Position numbers and translations under genes: made by a program. Positions 20,679 through 30,968 of a stretch of 64,000 nt of DNA are shown here, piece by piece. The stretch lies in contig CAYPHX010000001.1 of assembly GCA_964410635.1 (NCBI GenBank), positions 486 through 64,485 of the forward strand, read 5' to 3'. The DNA is from an uncultured Erysipelothrix sp. (GTDB lineage Bacteria; Bacillota_I; Bacilli_A; Erysipelotrichales; Erysipelotrichaceae). Under the pieces are notes generated by a model that did no database searches, had not been told where the DNA came from, and was given only the letters and a program-made list of their open reading frames with translations. Position 1 is the first letter of the stretch, and the number at the start of each line of letters is the position of its first letter.

Positions 20679-21390
20679 ATTACAAAAGGTCATCGCTCAG
20701 GCAGGTGTCGCTTCACGACGTAAAGCCGAAGCACTGATCACAGAAGGTAAAGTTAAAGTAAATGGCGTTGTTGTAACAGAACAAGGTACAAAGGTTAGTG
20801 TTGATGATGTAGTTGAGGTAAATGGAAAAGTACTAAATACAAAAGAACCTCATGTATATTACTTAATTAATAAACCTCGTGGTGTTCTGTCAACCCTTAA
20901 TGACCCATTTGATCGTCCTAAAGTTGTAGATCTTATTAAAGATCCAAGAAGAATTTATCCTGTAGGACGTCTTGATATGGATACAACAGGTGCCCTGATA
21001 CTAACCAATGATGGTGAATTTGCTCAAAAAATGATGCACCCAAGCTATGATATGGATAAGACATACCGTGTCAGTGTTAAAGGGAAGATGGGTTTTAAAG
21101 TTACAGAACAACTTGAAAAAGGATTAAATGTAAAAGGCGTTGACTATCAGGCGATGGAAGTCAGCAACTATCGTTATTTTGAAGATAAAGATAGATCAGC
21201 TTTTGATTTAACTTTATATGAAGGAAAAAACAGACAAATTAGAGTATTAATGGAAAGCTTTGGCCATCCAGTTGTTCGACTACACCGTTTCTCTATAGGT
21301 CCTTTAAATATGGACAATTTAAGAATTGGTGAGTATCGTGAACTGAAACCCTACGAAATTAAAAAACTCCTAGAATATGCACAAAAATAA
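20671..21390 (+). CDS. rluB: 23S rRNA pseudouridine synthase RluB
   Basis: RLQKVIAQAGVASRR, YPVGRLD, EGKNRQIR; follows scpB. Confidence 0.93.
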   Translation: MTRLQKVIAQAGVASRRKAEALITEGKVKVNGVVVTEQGTKVSVDDVVEVNGKVLNTKEPHVYYLINKPRGVLSTLNDPFDRPKVVDLIKDPRRIYPVGRLDMDTTGALILTNDGEFAQKMMHPSYDMDKTYRVSVKGKMGFKVTEQLEKGLNVKGVDYQAMEVSNYRYFEDKDRSAFDLTLYEGKNRQIRVLMESFGHPVVRLHRFSIGPLNMDNLRIGEYRELKPYEIKKLLEYAQK

Positions 21391-22076
21391 TGCATCAATT
21401 TTACATAGAAGATATAAACAATATTGAATTATCAGAAGGACAAAAACATCAACTCAATAAAGTATTGAGAATGCATGTTAATGAAGAAATTAGACTTGTG
21501 GATGCTAATGGCGAAGGAGTTGTCGCATCAATACAAGACAGTAGGTTTGAAAACTTCAATATTGAGTCAAAGATTAATTTTAAATCAAAAAAGAGAAAAC
21601 TTAAAATCATCGCATCATTAATCAGAAATGAACGCTTAGAATGGATGATTCAAAAAGCTGCTGAAGCTGGTGTTGATGAAATTGTACTCTACACAGCAGA
21701 TCATGGTGTGGTTAAATCCTATGGTAATAAAACGGATCGAAAACTTGAAAGATTTAATCTGATTGCACTTGAAGCATCAGAGCAATCACAAAGACAATAC
21801 CCACTACAGGTTTTACGTATCGTTGGAAAAGAAGAAATAAAAAACGAATTAAAAACATCAAACTATATTGCAGATACTTCAGAACATCCGCATTATGTTG
21901 ATTTAATTCAAGATAAAGAAGATATATGTGTCATCATTGGACCAGAAGGTGGTTTCAGTGAGAATGAGAGGGTCTTGTTTCATGACTTAGGTTTTATACC
22001 TACAAGTCTTGGAGACAATATCTATCGTGCTGAAACTGCACCCCTAGCAGTTGCGGTATTAACACATATTAGGTAG
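21390..22076 (+). CDS. rsmE: 16S rRNA m3U1498 methyltransferase
   Basis: EASEQSQR, IIGPEGGFS, YRAETAP. Confidence 0.96.
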   Translation: MHQFYIEDINNIELSEGQKHQLNKVLRMHVNEEIRLVDANGEGVVASIQDSRFENFNIESKINFKSKKRKLKIIASLIRNERLEWMIQKAAEAGVDEIVLYTADHGVVKSYGNKTDRKLERFNLIALEASEQSQRQYPLQVLRIVGKEEIKNELKTSNYIADTSEHPHYVDLIQDKEDICVIIGPEGGFSENERVLFHDLGFIPTSLGDNIYRAETAPLAVAVLTHIR

Positions 22077-22088
22077 AAGAGGTAGCGC

Positions 22089-22841
22089 GTGTTAAATAAA
22101 TATCATAAACAACAACACCCAAAAGAAAGAATCAATCAACTTAAAGTAATTAATGAAACATACGGCCTTAAACGAAATCTTAAAGAAGATCTCGATATTT
22201 TAAAGCTCTCTATATTTCAAACGTCTTTAAGTCAAAAGAAATTTTTCGAAGATACATTTGAAAATGTAAGAAAAGAGTTGTTCGATATGTGGGACTACTT
22301 AAGTTTCTACGAGAAAAATGACCTTATCTTACAAGAATTAGATAAGACAATAGAAGAAAAAAAAGTATTTCAAGAAGATGTCACACTCATATACATACCG
22401 TTTTTTGATGTGTTATTAAACTCTCTTTATGCAACAGAGATCGCTATTTTAGAAAAACCCCAGTTTTTCAAGTTGTATCGTGAGTTTAACAGTAGTTTAA
22501 TTAATACAGATCAATACGGCTTAAAGCCATTTAAAGCTGGATTCACATTTGCTAAAGTTATTAGTTCAAATGAAAATGCAGTTGTATTGTTTGACCAAGA
22601 TATCAATGTTTTCTATTATGTATATGAAGATACTTTAAAAAGGTTCCCCCTTTATAAAGAAACCATCCCTACAGAGTCTCAAATCAATAAGATAGCTGAA
22701 TTAATAAATTCACTCGATGAAGTTTTATTGGAGAAGTTTCTTGTAGAGAATGATTTGGTATCAAAGAAATACTTGAAAAAGTACAATCGTATTCAGAAGC
22801 GTATCGCTAAGAAGGAGAGAAAAGCAAATGAAACTAAATAA
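22089..22841 (+). CDS. Hypothetical protein
   Basis: 250-aa ORF with SD (GAGGT) and GTG start, overlapping deoC; no family recognised. Confidence 0.8.
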   Translation: MLNKYHKQQHPKERINQLKVINETYGLKRNLKEDLDILKLSIFQTSLSQKKFFEDTFENVRKELFDMWDYLSFYEKNDLILQELDKTIEEKKVFQEDVTLIYIPFFDVLLNSLYATEIAILEKPQFFKLYREFNSSLINTDQYGLKPFKAGFTFAKVISSNENAVVLFDQDINVFYYVYEDTLKRFPLYKETIPTESQINKIAELINSLDEVLLEKFLVENDLVSKKYLKKYNRIQKRIAKKERKANETK

Positions 22842-23490
22842 ATATATTGATCACACACTGCTAAAACAAGATGCAGTTGAAAGTGAAATCGCTAAACTTT
22901 GTCAGGAGGCCATAGACTATGATTTTATGAGTGTATGTGTAAACCCTTCTTATGTTAAGCAATGTGTAGAAGCACTCAAAAATACGGATGTTAAAGTTTG
23001 TACTGTTGTTGGATTTCCATTAGGGATGAGTACAACAGAAAGTAAAACAAGTGAAGCAAGAGAAGCTGTCTTAAAAGGTGCAACTGAAGTTGATATGGTT
23101 ATTAACGTTGGTGCATTAAAAGACAACAAAGATAAGTATATTGTCGATGAAATATCACAGATCAAACGAGCATGTGGTAAAAACATCTTAAAAGTTATTA
23201 TTGAAACAGCACTACTAACAGATGAAGAAAAAGTACGTGCATGTGAACTTGCTGTAAAAGCAGGAGCTGATTTTGTGAAGACATCTACAGGCTTTAGTAC
23301 ACATGGTGCTACAGTTGAAGATGTTAAGTTAATGAAAGACACAGTTAAAGATGCTGCAGAGGTTAAAGCTGCAGGTGGTGTTAGAAGTCTTGAAGACATG
23401 GAAAATATGATCAAGGCAGGCGCAACACGTATCGGAACATCAGGTGGCGTAGCACTTATGGCTGGTGCTGACATTAAAAACGGTTACTAA
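22828..23490 (+). CDS. deoC: Deoxyribose-phosphate aldolase
   Basis: [29 protein letters not shown]. Confidence 0.99.
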   Translation: MKLNKYIDHTLLKQDAVESEIAKLCQEAIDYDFMSVCVNPSYVKQCVEALKNTDVKVCTVVGFPLGMSTTESKTSEAREAVLKGATEVDMVINVGALKDNKDKYIVDEISQIKRACGKNILKVIIETALLTDEEKVRACELAVKAGADFVKTSTGFSTHGATVEDVKLMKDTVKDAAEVKAAGGVRSLEDMENMIKAGATRIGTSGGVALMAGADIKNGY

Positions 23491-23542
23491 TATTTGATGA
23501 TTTATCACTTTTGAAAGAAGTTAAAAATTGTTTAAAAAAATC

Positions 23543-23570
23543 TTGATTTATTTTTCTTTAGTGATATAAT
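23543..23570 (+). promoter_or_regulatory. SigA promoter of rpsU
   Basis: TTGATT-16 bp-TATAAT with TG extension. Confidence 0.6.
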
Positions 23571-23601
23571 TATAATGCTTGCATCAGAAGGGAGGCTAGT
23601 C

Positions 23602-23787
23602 ATGTCGAGAATTGTAGTTAAAGAGAACGAAGGTTTAGATGACGCGTTACGTCGTTTTAAACGTCAAGTATCTCGCAATGGAAACCTTGCTGAAGCGCGC
23701 AAAAGAGAGTACTACGTTAAACCTGGAGTTAAACGTAAATTAAAAGCGGAAGCTGCTATTAAAGCTAAACGCAAAAAAAGACGCTAA
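23602..23787 (+). CDS. rpsU: 30S ribosomal protein S21
   Basis: [19 protein letters not shown]; GGAGG SD before ATG 23602. Confidence 0.98.
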   Translation: MSRIVVKENEGLDDALRRFKRQVSRNGNLAEARKREYYVKPGVKRKLKAEAAIKAKRKKRR

Positions 23788-23795
23788 TTATAAAC

Positions 23796-23824
23796 GGAGT
23801 TGATATCATATCAACTCCTTTTTT
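23796..23824 (+). terminator. Intrinsic terminator after rpsU
   Basis: GGAGTTGATA/TATCAACTCC plus T6. Confidence 0.85.
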
Positions 23825-23868
23825 CTAGTCTTTTTCTTGAAATTAATGTATTATAGAATATAGAAGGG

Positions 23869-24822
23869 GTGACATATTTGTATAGCAAAAAAATCCAATT
23901 GGCTGATATGAACGGTCATTTACAAGTATTTAGCGGAGTTGAAGAAAAGAATATTAAAGCAATCGAAGCTTTATATGATATACAACTCACTTATAATCCA
24001 GAATACATATTATTAACAGGCGAAGAAGAGCAAGTAGAAAAAGCTAAAAGACTCATCTTTGTCGTTTTTCAAGTAATAGAGAAATATAAAAAAATTGATA
24101 CAGAAGATATAGAAAAAATAAAAGATGCTGTTGATAAAAACAAGGAAGAACTCTTTCTTGAGGCCATTGATGCGATTATCACAAGAACTTTTGCTGGAAA
24201 GCCAGTAAGAGCAAAAAGCTTGGGCCAAAGATTCTTTATCGATAGTATTTTAGCAAATGACTTAACCTTTGCTATTGGACCTGCTGGAACCGGAAAAACC
24301 TTTCTTGCTGTTTCACTGGCTGTAGACATGTTAAAAAAAGGTGAAGTTAAAAAGATTATACTAACACGTCCCGCCGTTGAGGCTGGAGAAAACCTTGGTT
24401 TTTTACCAGGGGATTTAAAAGAGAAGGTAGATCCTTACCTAAGGCCTCTATATGACGCATTAGATGATATGTTATCTAATGAAAGAACAGAACGATACAT
24501 TGAGTCAGGTATCATTGAAATTGCACCACTGGCTTATATGCGCGGTCGTACACTGGATGATGCTGTAGTGATACTAGATGAGGCACAAAATACAACAAAA
24601 GCTCAAATACTGATGTTTCTATCAAGATTGGGTCGCAATTCAAAGATGATTGTTACAGGTGATTTAACACAAATAGATTTACCCAAGCATCAAGAATCTG
24701 GCTTATTGGTCGCACAGTCTCGTTTACAAAACATTAAAGGAATCGGATTTGTTAATTTGAAGAATACTGATGTGGTACGTCACCCATTGGTTATTAAAAT
24801 CTTAGAAGCATTTTCAAAGTAG
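23869..24822 (+). CDS. phoH: PhoH-family ATPase (start may be TTG 23878)
   Basis: GPAGTGKT, LGFLPGD, AYMRGRTL, DEAQN, VVRHPLV. Confidence 0.97.
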   Translation: MTYLYSKKIQLADMNGHLQVFSGVEEKNIKAIEALYDIQLTYNPEYILLTGEEEQVEKAKRLIFVVFQVIEKYKKIDTEDIEKIKDAVDKNKEELFLEAIDAIITRTFAGKPVRAKSLGQRFFIDSILANDLTFAIGPAGTGKTFLAVSLAVDMLKKGEVKKIILTRPAVEAGENLGFLPGDLKEKVDPYLRPLYDALDDMLSNERTERYIESGIIEIAPLAYMRGRTLDDAVVILDEAQNTTKAQILMFLSRLGRNSKMIVTGDLTQIDLPKHQESGLLVAQSRLQNIKGIGFVNLKNTDVVRHPLVIKILEAFSK

Positions 24823-24830
24823 GTGAAAGA

Positions 24831-25505
24831 ATGAAACACTCAATTTTAGTCATCGAAGATGATGACAGTATCAGGCGCCTTCTAGAATATGATTTAAAGC
24901 AACTGGGTTATGATGTTATGACCAGTGCTACAGGTCAAGAAGGTTTATCACTGGCTTTAGAACATAACTTTGATTTAATCGTGATTGATTGGATGCTACC
25001 AGGGAAATCTGGTATAGAAGTCACTAAAGCCTATCGAGAAGCAGGAAGAAATGCAATTGTAATGATGGTCACTGCCAAAAACTCAGAGGAAGATCTTTTA
25101 GACGCCTTTGATTCAGGGGTTGATGATTATATGTCAAAACCATTTTCTCCGCGTGAACTTACAGCACGCATTAAGGCGCACTTACGTCGTATTCGTGAGT
25201 TTAAGAAAACTAGGGATTATACCTTTGGCAATTTGAAGGTCGATCTTGATATGCATTATGTTTATATAGATGATGAGAAGATTGATCTAACAAGAAAAGA
25301 ATTTGACTTGCTCATCTTTCTTCTACAAAACATTGATAAAGTCTTATCTAGGGATGAGATACTCAGTAAGATATGGAATTTTGAGTATGATGGTGATACA
25401 CGTATTGTAGATGTTCACATATTCAAGCTCAGATCAAAAATACAAGATGCAAATATTACTATAGAATCATTAAGGGGTGTCGGTTATGTTGCAAAAGCAG
25501 AATAA
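24831..25505 (+). CDS. OmpR/PhoB-family response regulator (PhoP-like)
   Basis: IDWMLP, KPFSPREL, TRIVDVHIFKLR, RGVGY. Confidence 0.95.
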   Translation: MKHSILVIEDDDSIRRLLEYDLKQLGYDVMTSATGQEGLSLALEHNFDLIVIDWMLPGKSGIEVTKAYREAGRNAIVMMVTAKNSEEDLLDAFDSGVDDYMSKPFSPRELTARIKAHLRRIREFKKTRDYTFGNLKVDLDMHYVYIDDEKIDLTRKEFDLLIFLLQNIDKVLSRDEILSKIWNFEYDGDTRIVDVHIFKLRSKIQDANITIESLRGVGYVAKAE

Positions 25506-26712
25506 ATTTATTATCGCAATCTTTGCTGTACTAGCATGGATTTTAATCGCATTTGCGAAAACAACGCAGATGCAGATTGTTGTTTTAGCTTTAGGCTTGA
25601 TTTCAATCTTGCTCATTAACTTATTTTATCTTAAAGAAGATGAGAAGTTAGTTGCAGAGAAGATTGAAGCAATTGAAAAGCGTTCAAAGAAAAAACGTAC
25701 AGAAACAGAAGAAAAGATGACACAATTAATTGCATCGATTCCATCTGCACTTGTATATATTAATCAACGTGGTGAATTTGATGTATCAAATAAGAAATTT
25801 GATAGTATCTTAGATGCGGATGCAGTTAATGTTTATGATCCACGTATTGAACCCAGTTTCAGACAACTGCTATTGGACGCATTTTTAAATGAACAACAGT
25901 TCATCAGACAAGAGACGATTAACGATGTAAACTACCAAGTGCTTTCTGTCCCAATGCTCAAGAAAGGGCGTTACAACGGTTGCATGATTATTATGCAAGA
26001 TGTGACTCGCTTACTTGAAGGTGAGAAGATGCAGAAAGAGTTCATTGCGAATGCATCACACGAACTTAAAACACCAATCTCATCCATTAAAGGCATGAGT
26101 GAAGTGTTGAATAGAACAGACTTTGATGATGATGAAACAAGAATGGAATTTCTTGCGCGAATTCAAATTGATGCTTCAAGACTTGAACAAATTGTTGAAG
26201 ACTTGCTACTTCAGTCTAAGATTATGGAAAATAAACTACACTTAGAAAAGACTGAGTTTAATTTAAAACAATTCTTTGATGGTATTATTTACGAGAAAAG
26301 ACGTGAACTCCATAATGCAAATATTGATGTTGTATTAAATTGTCCATCAAACGTGATGATAGTAGGGGATCACTTCCGCTTAAGTCAGGTATTTATAAAC
26401 TTATTCAATAATGCGATTAACTATGCAAAAGATAAATCGATTAAGATTGATTGTGATATATCAAGTAAGAATTGGACAATTAAATTCTGTGATACTGGGG
26501 CAGGGATGAATGAAGAAATTCTGCCACATGTATTTGACAGATTCTACCGTGGTGATAATTATCGCGAGAGATATGCAAATAACACAGGTTTAGGCCTCTC
26601 AATCTCTAAGTCCATCATTGAAGCGCATGATGGAACGATTACAGTTGAAAGTGAACTCAATAAAGGGACATGTTTTACAATAAAAATGAATCCTACAGTA
26701 ACATTATACTAA
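25486..26712 (+). CDS. Sensor histidine kinase (PhoR-like; 2 TM, PAS-like, HisKA, HATPase)
   Basis: NASHELKTP, NLFNNAINY, DTGAG, FDRFYR, TGLGLSI. Confidence 0.94.
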   Translation: MLQKQNKFIIAIFAVLAWILIAFAKTTQMQIVVLALGLISILLINLFYLKEDEKLVAEKIEAIEKRSKKKRTETEEKMTQLIASIPSALVYINQRGEFDVSNKKFDSILDADAVNVYDPRIEPSFRQLLLDAFLNEQQFIRQETINDVNYQVLSVPMLKKGRYNGCMIIMQDVTRLLEGEKMQKEFIANASHELKTPISSIKGMSEVLNRTDFDDDETRMEFLARIQIDASRLEQIVEDLLLQSKIMENKLHLEKTEFNLKQFFDGIIYEKRRELHNANIDVVLNCPSNVMIVGDHFRLSQVFINLFNNAINYAKDKSIKIDCDISSKNWTIKFCDTGAGMNEEILPHVFDRFYRGDNYRERYANNTGLGLSISKSIIEAHDGTITVESELNKGTCFTIKMNPTVTLY

Positions 26713-26733
26713 GCAAGTGAAAACTTGCTTTTT
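26711..26733 (+). terminator. Intrinsic terminator
   Basis: AAGCAAGT-GAAA-ACTTGCTT plus T run. Confidence 0.8.
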
Positions 26734-26790
26734 CTATCAAATAGTGTTCAAATAGACCTTAATATGCTATAATATCTATGGAGTGTGCTT

Positions 26791-27234
26791 ATGGAAATAA
26801 CATTTATAAACCAAATAGAGGAAGCGCGTTATGACAGTTTTGAAGAAAAATTAAAACCGCTTCTAGAAAAGACTTTAAAACTCACAGGATTCAAAGATAA
26901 TGTGAGTCTTTCAATTGTGGTGGTTGATGATGAAACCATTCACAATTACAATAAGGAATTTAGAAACATCGATCGTTCGACTGATGTTTTAAGTTTCGTT
27001 GATGGCACTGAGATTGAAGGAGCTATCTCTTTAGGTGATATTATTGTTTCGAGCGAGACTTGTGAAAGACAAGCGCAGGAGTACAATCATTCGCTGGAAA
27101 GGGAATTTTTGTTTCTTGTAGTCCATGGGTACTTACATTTATTAGGGTACGATCATATGAATGATGAAGATGAACGTGTAATGATAAACTTACAAAAGGA
27201 GATTTTGGATGGCTTTGCTGATCGATCTAATTAA
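26791..27234 (+). CDS. ybeY: rRNA maturation endoribonuclease YbeY
   Basis: TDVLSF, LGDI, HGYLHLLGYDH. Confidence 0.98.
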   Translation: MEITFINQIEEARYDSFEEKLKPLLEKTLKLTGFKDNVSLSIVVVDDETIHNYNKEFRNIDRSTDVLSFVDGTEIEGAISLGDIIVSSETCERQAQEYNHSLEREFLFLVVHGYLHLLGYDHMNDEDERVMINLQKEILDGFADRSN

Positions 27235-27577
27235 AAGATTCATAAAGAAATTTATCCATGCATTTGAAGGCTTATGGGCAGGCATACGTTATGATCGCAG
27301 CATCTTAGTTCAATTTCTGATTGCATTTGCAGCAGCTGTTGTCTTTGCAATCTTGAAAATCAGTTTTCTTGAATGGATGTTTGTTATTAATGCGATGTTT
27401 GTCGTTATTATTACGGAATTTCTTAATTCTGCAATTGAAGATGTTTGTGATCTTTTAGTTGCTAAGTATGATTTACATGTAAAAGAAATTAAAGATATTG
27501 CCGCAGCTGCTGTGTTATTGTCAGCAATCTATGCAGTTGTTGTCGCAGTGATTATCTTTTGGAGGCATTTAGTATGA
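27209..27577 (+). CDS. dgkA: Diacylglycerol/undecaprenol kinase
   Basis: EFLNSAIE, KDIAAAAVL; ybeY-dgkA-cdd-era synteny. Confidence 0.94.
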   Translation: MALLIDLIKRFIKKFIHAFEGLWAGIRYDRSILVQFLIAFAAAVVFAILKISFLEWMFVINAMFVVIITEFLNSAIEDVCDLLVAKYDLHVKEIKDIAAAAVLLSAIYAVVVAVIIFWRHLV

Positions 27578-27978
27578 AAAACAAGTTACTCAAAGAAGCA
27601 TTTAAGGCAATGGAAAATGCCTATGCACCCTATTCAAAGTATCATGTCGGTTCAAGTATCTTGACCACTGATGGAAAAATTACAATTGGTGCAAATATAG
27701 AGAACGCTTCTTATGGTGCTACAAACTGTGGTGAGCGAAGTGCTATCTTTGCTTGTTACTCAAATGGATATCGTCAAAAAGATATCCAAGGTATAGCAAT
27801 TGTTACTGATGGGGAGATACTTGCAGGTCCATGTGGGATTTGTAGACAAGTACTATCAGAACTTTTGAATGAAGATACTCCAATCTTCTTATCTAACGGT
27901 AAAGAAGAAAAAACTACAACGATTAAAGAGCTCTTACCAATGAGCTTTGGAAGAAAGGATTTAGATGAAAGAATTTAA
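27574..27978 (+). CDS. cdd: Cytidine deaminase
   Basis: AYAPYS, NIENASYG, CGERSA, PCGICRQ. Confidence 0.98.
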   Translation: MKNKLLKEAFKAMENAYAPYSKYHVGSSILTTDGKITIGANIENASYGATNCGERSAIFACYSNGYRQKDIQGIAIVTDGEILAGPCGICRQVLSELLNEDTPIFLSNGKEEKTTTIKELLPMSFGRKDLDERI

Positions 27979-28864
27979 ATCAGGTTTTGTTTCTATTGTT
28001 GGTCGTCCCAATGCAGGAAAATCAACACTGCTTAATCGACTGGTCAAACAGAAGATTGCAATAGTAACAGATAAACCACAAACTACACGAGATGCCATTA
28101 TAGGTGTCCTAACGGAAGATGATTACCAAATTATCTTTACAGATACACCTGGAATCCACAAACCAAAACATGAACTTGGAAACAGAATGAATGCCATTGC
28201 TTACTCAAACTTTAGAGGCATGGACTTAATTTATTATGTTATGGATGCCAGTATTCCTTTAGGTGGCGGTGATGAGTTTCTCATTGAGAAATTAAGTCAT
28301 GTAAAAACACCGATTATCTTACTTTTAAATAAGATAGATAAAATAACACAAGATGAACTCTTATTACGTATTGTTGAAATGCGTGCAAAACTGAATGTTG
28401 CAGAGGTTGTTCCACTATCAGTGACAGAAAATGATAACATCGATACTCTACTTGAAGTAACCTTAGGTTATTTAGATGATGGCATCATGTATTACCCTAA
28501 AGATTCAGTGTCTGCTCATCCTGAGCAGTTCATTATTGCAGAAATTGTTCGAGAAAAAATCATTAACTTAACACAAGAAGAGTTACCGCACTCGGTTGCT
28601 GTAGCCATCGAAAAAATGACAAGAACAAAAAATGCTTTAGTGATCAGTCTTGTGATTTTTGTTAATAGACCTTCACAAAAAGGTATGATTATTGGAAAAC
28701 AAGGCTCAATGATTCGTCAGATCGGTCAATCAGCACGTGAAGAGCTTGAACTCTTACTGGGAGAAAAGATTTATCTTGAAACCCATGTGCGTGTGGAGAA
28801 GAACTGGCGCAATAAAGACAGATTACTAAATCAATTAGGATATATTGAGATTGAAGAAGAATAG
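27965..28864 (+). CDS. era: GTPase Era
   Basis: GRPNAGKSTL, PQTTR, DTPG, KH domain SQKGMIIGKQG. Confidence 0.99.
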   Translation: MKEFKSGFVSIVGRPNAGKSTLLNRLVKQKIAIVTDKPQTTRDAIIGVLTEDDYQIIFTDTPGIHKPKHELGNRMNAIAYSNFRGMDLIYYVMDASIPLGGGDEFLIEKLSHVKTPIILLLNKIDKITQDELLLRIVEMRAKLNVAEVVPLSVTENDNIDTLLEVTLGYLDDGIMYYPKDSVSAHPEQFIIAEIVREKIINLTQEELPHSVAVAIEKMTRTKNALVISLVIFVNRPSQKGMIIGKQGSMIRQIGQSAREELELLLGEKIYLETHVRVEKNWRNKDRLLNQLGYIEIEEE

Positions 28865-29552
28865 TGAAGATGTTGGATATGTAATATCCAATACTCCTTA
28901 TCGAGAATATGACGCAATGGTCTTATTCTTAGGTGAAGAATTTGGTTTATTTAGATATGTTTTAAGAGGGTATCATAAACCAAAAGCCAAACAAACGAGT
29001 TTGGGTCTTGAATTTACAAAGGTTAAGTTAAGATTTGACTATAAAGAAAACAGTCTTCAAACAATTAAGAGTGGTGAGCTTCTAGAAAGCTATCGCACAC
29101 TTAGATCTGATTATGATTGGTTAACACAGATGGCATTGTTTATGGAACTATTGAGTCGATTTTATAATGAATCTCATCAAAAGTTTTGGATTAAAGAAAC
29201 AGCATCTATGTTTGAGAAAATATCTATTGAAGATTTAACAGTTTTTCTTAGTCAGCTAATTAAAGACTTAGGGATTACACCTGTAGTTGATTATTGTGTT
29301 ATTACAAAATCACAATCTGTATCCGACTTTTCCATTGAGAAAGGCGGCTTTGTATCTAAAGCATACAGAAAAACAGGCAGTAATATTGATTTGAATATGT
29401 TGAAGATGATTCGTTATTTATTCATAACAGAATCAATAAACAGTGATGTTTTACAAAACTTTGAAAATACTTATGAGCTCACCAACTTGCTTATAAGATA
29501 TATAGAATACTATGAAGGTATTAAGATAAATAGTTGGAAATTGATAGATTAA
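28845..29552 (+). CDS. recO: DNA repair protein RecO (divergent)
   Basis: PYREYD N-terminus, FSIEKGGFV; position after era; start uncertain. Confidence 0.8.
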   Translation: MRLKKNSEDVGYVISNTPYREYDAMVLFLGEEFGLFRYVLRGYHKPKAKQTSLGLEFTKVKLRFDYKENSLQTIKSGELLESYRTLRSDYDWLTQMALFMELLSRFYNESHQKFWIKETASMFEKISIEDLTVFLSQLIKDLGITPVVDYCVITKSQSVSDFSIEKGGFVSKAYRKTGSNIDLNMLKMIRYLFITESINSDVLQNFENTYELTNLLIRYIEYYEGIKINSWKLID

Positions 29553-29581
29553 ACAATTATAGAACGGGATGGTGCTTGTTA

Positions 29582-30952
29582 ATGAGTCAATTTGAATTTG
29601 AAAAAATCGTTAGTCATGTAAGAACTTCAGGATTTGTATTCCAAGGTTCAGAAATTTATGGTGGTCTTGCTAATACATGGGACTTTGGTCCTTTAGGAAT
29701 TAACTTAAAAGATAATGTTAAAGAATTATGGTGGAATGCTTTCATTCGTAAGAACAGATACAATGTAGGGCTTCAATCTGCAATTCTAATGAACCCACAA
29801 GTATGGGAAGCAAGTGGTCACTTAGCTACTTTCAATGATCCATTGATGGATTGTAGAAGTTGTAATACACGTCATCGTGCAGACAAACTTATCGAAGAGT
29901 TTACAGACAATGCAGTAAATGCAGGCGCAATGACAGTTGAAGAGATGTCAGCTTATATTGAAGAACATCAAATACCATGTCCAAAATGTGGTAAGCATGA
30001 CTTCACTCCAATTCGTGAATTCAACCTCATGTTTAAAACATTCCAAGGTGTCGTTGAAGAAAGTAGTAACGTTGTTTACCTACGTCCTGAAACAGCACAA
30101 GGAATCTTTGTTAACTTTAAAAACGTACAACGTTCAATGCGTAAGAAATTACCATTTGGTATTGGACAAATCGGAAAATCATTTAGAAATGAAATTACAC
30201 CAGGACAATTCATCTTTAGAACAAGAGAATTTGAACAAATGGAACTTCAGTTCTTTACAAAACCTGAAGAAGCAGACCAATGGTATGAGTACTGGAAGCA
30301 ATTCGCAATGGATTTCTTAGTAGATATCGGTTTAAAAGCAGAAAATCTACGATTTAGAGATCACGATGCAGATGAATTAAGTCACTATTCAACAGGAACT
30401 GTTGATATTGAATATAAATTCCCATGGGGATTCGATGAAATTTGGGGAATTGCAAATAGAACAGACTATGACCTAACACAACACCAAACACACTCAAAAC
30501 AAAACCTTGAGTACCATGATTCAGAAACAAACGAGAAGTATATTCCGTATGTTATTGAACCATCACTTGGAGTTGAGCGTTTAATGCTGGCTTTAATGTG
30601 TGAAGCATATGATGAAGAAACATTAGAAAATGATTCACGTACAGTGATGCGATTCTCACCAAGAACTGCACCTATTAAAGCAACAGTCTTACCACTTTCA
30701 CGTAAGTTATCAGAAGATGCACGTAAAGTTTGGGAACAACTGGTCGATGAGTTTGAAACAGAGTTTGATGAAACTGCAAGTATTGGTAAACGTTACCGTC
30801 GTCAAGATGCTATCGGTACACCATACTGTGTAACATTTGACTTTGACTCACTAGAAGACAATATGGTTACTATTAGAGAGCGTGACTCCATGACACAACA
30901 ACGTGTCACTGTGGATGAAGCGATTGAAATTATTAAAAAAGCAATAAAGTAA
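29582..30952 (+). CDS. glyQS: Glycine--tRNA ligase, alpha2 type
   Basis: [32 protein letters not shown]. Confidence 0.97.
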   Translation: MSQFEFEKIVSHVRTSGFVFQGSEIYGGLANTWDFGPLGINLKDNVKELWWNAFIRKNRYNVGLQSAILMNPQVWEASGHLATFNDPLMDCRSCNTRHRADKLIEEFTDNAVNAGAMTVEEMSAYIEEHQIPCPKCGKHDFTPIREFNLMFKTFQGVVEESSNVVYLRPETAQGIFVNFKNVQRSMRKKLPFGIGQIGKSFRNEITPGQFIFRTREFEQMELQFFTKPEEADQWYEYWKQFAMDFLVDIGLKAENLRFRDHDADELSHYSTGTVDIEYKFPWGFDEIWGIANRTDYDLTQHQTHSKQNLEYHDSETNEKYIPYVIEPSLGVERLMLALMCEAYDEETLENDSRTVMRFSPRTAPIKATVLPLSRKLSEDARKVWEQLVDEFETEFDETASIGKRYRRQDAIGTPYCVTFDFDSLEDNMVTIRERDSMTQQRVTVDEAIEIIKKAIK

Positions 30953-30968
30953 ATAAAGGGATGAATGT

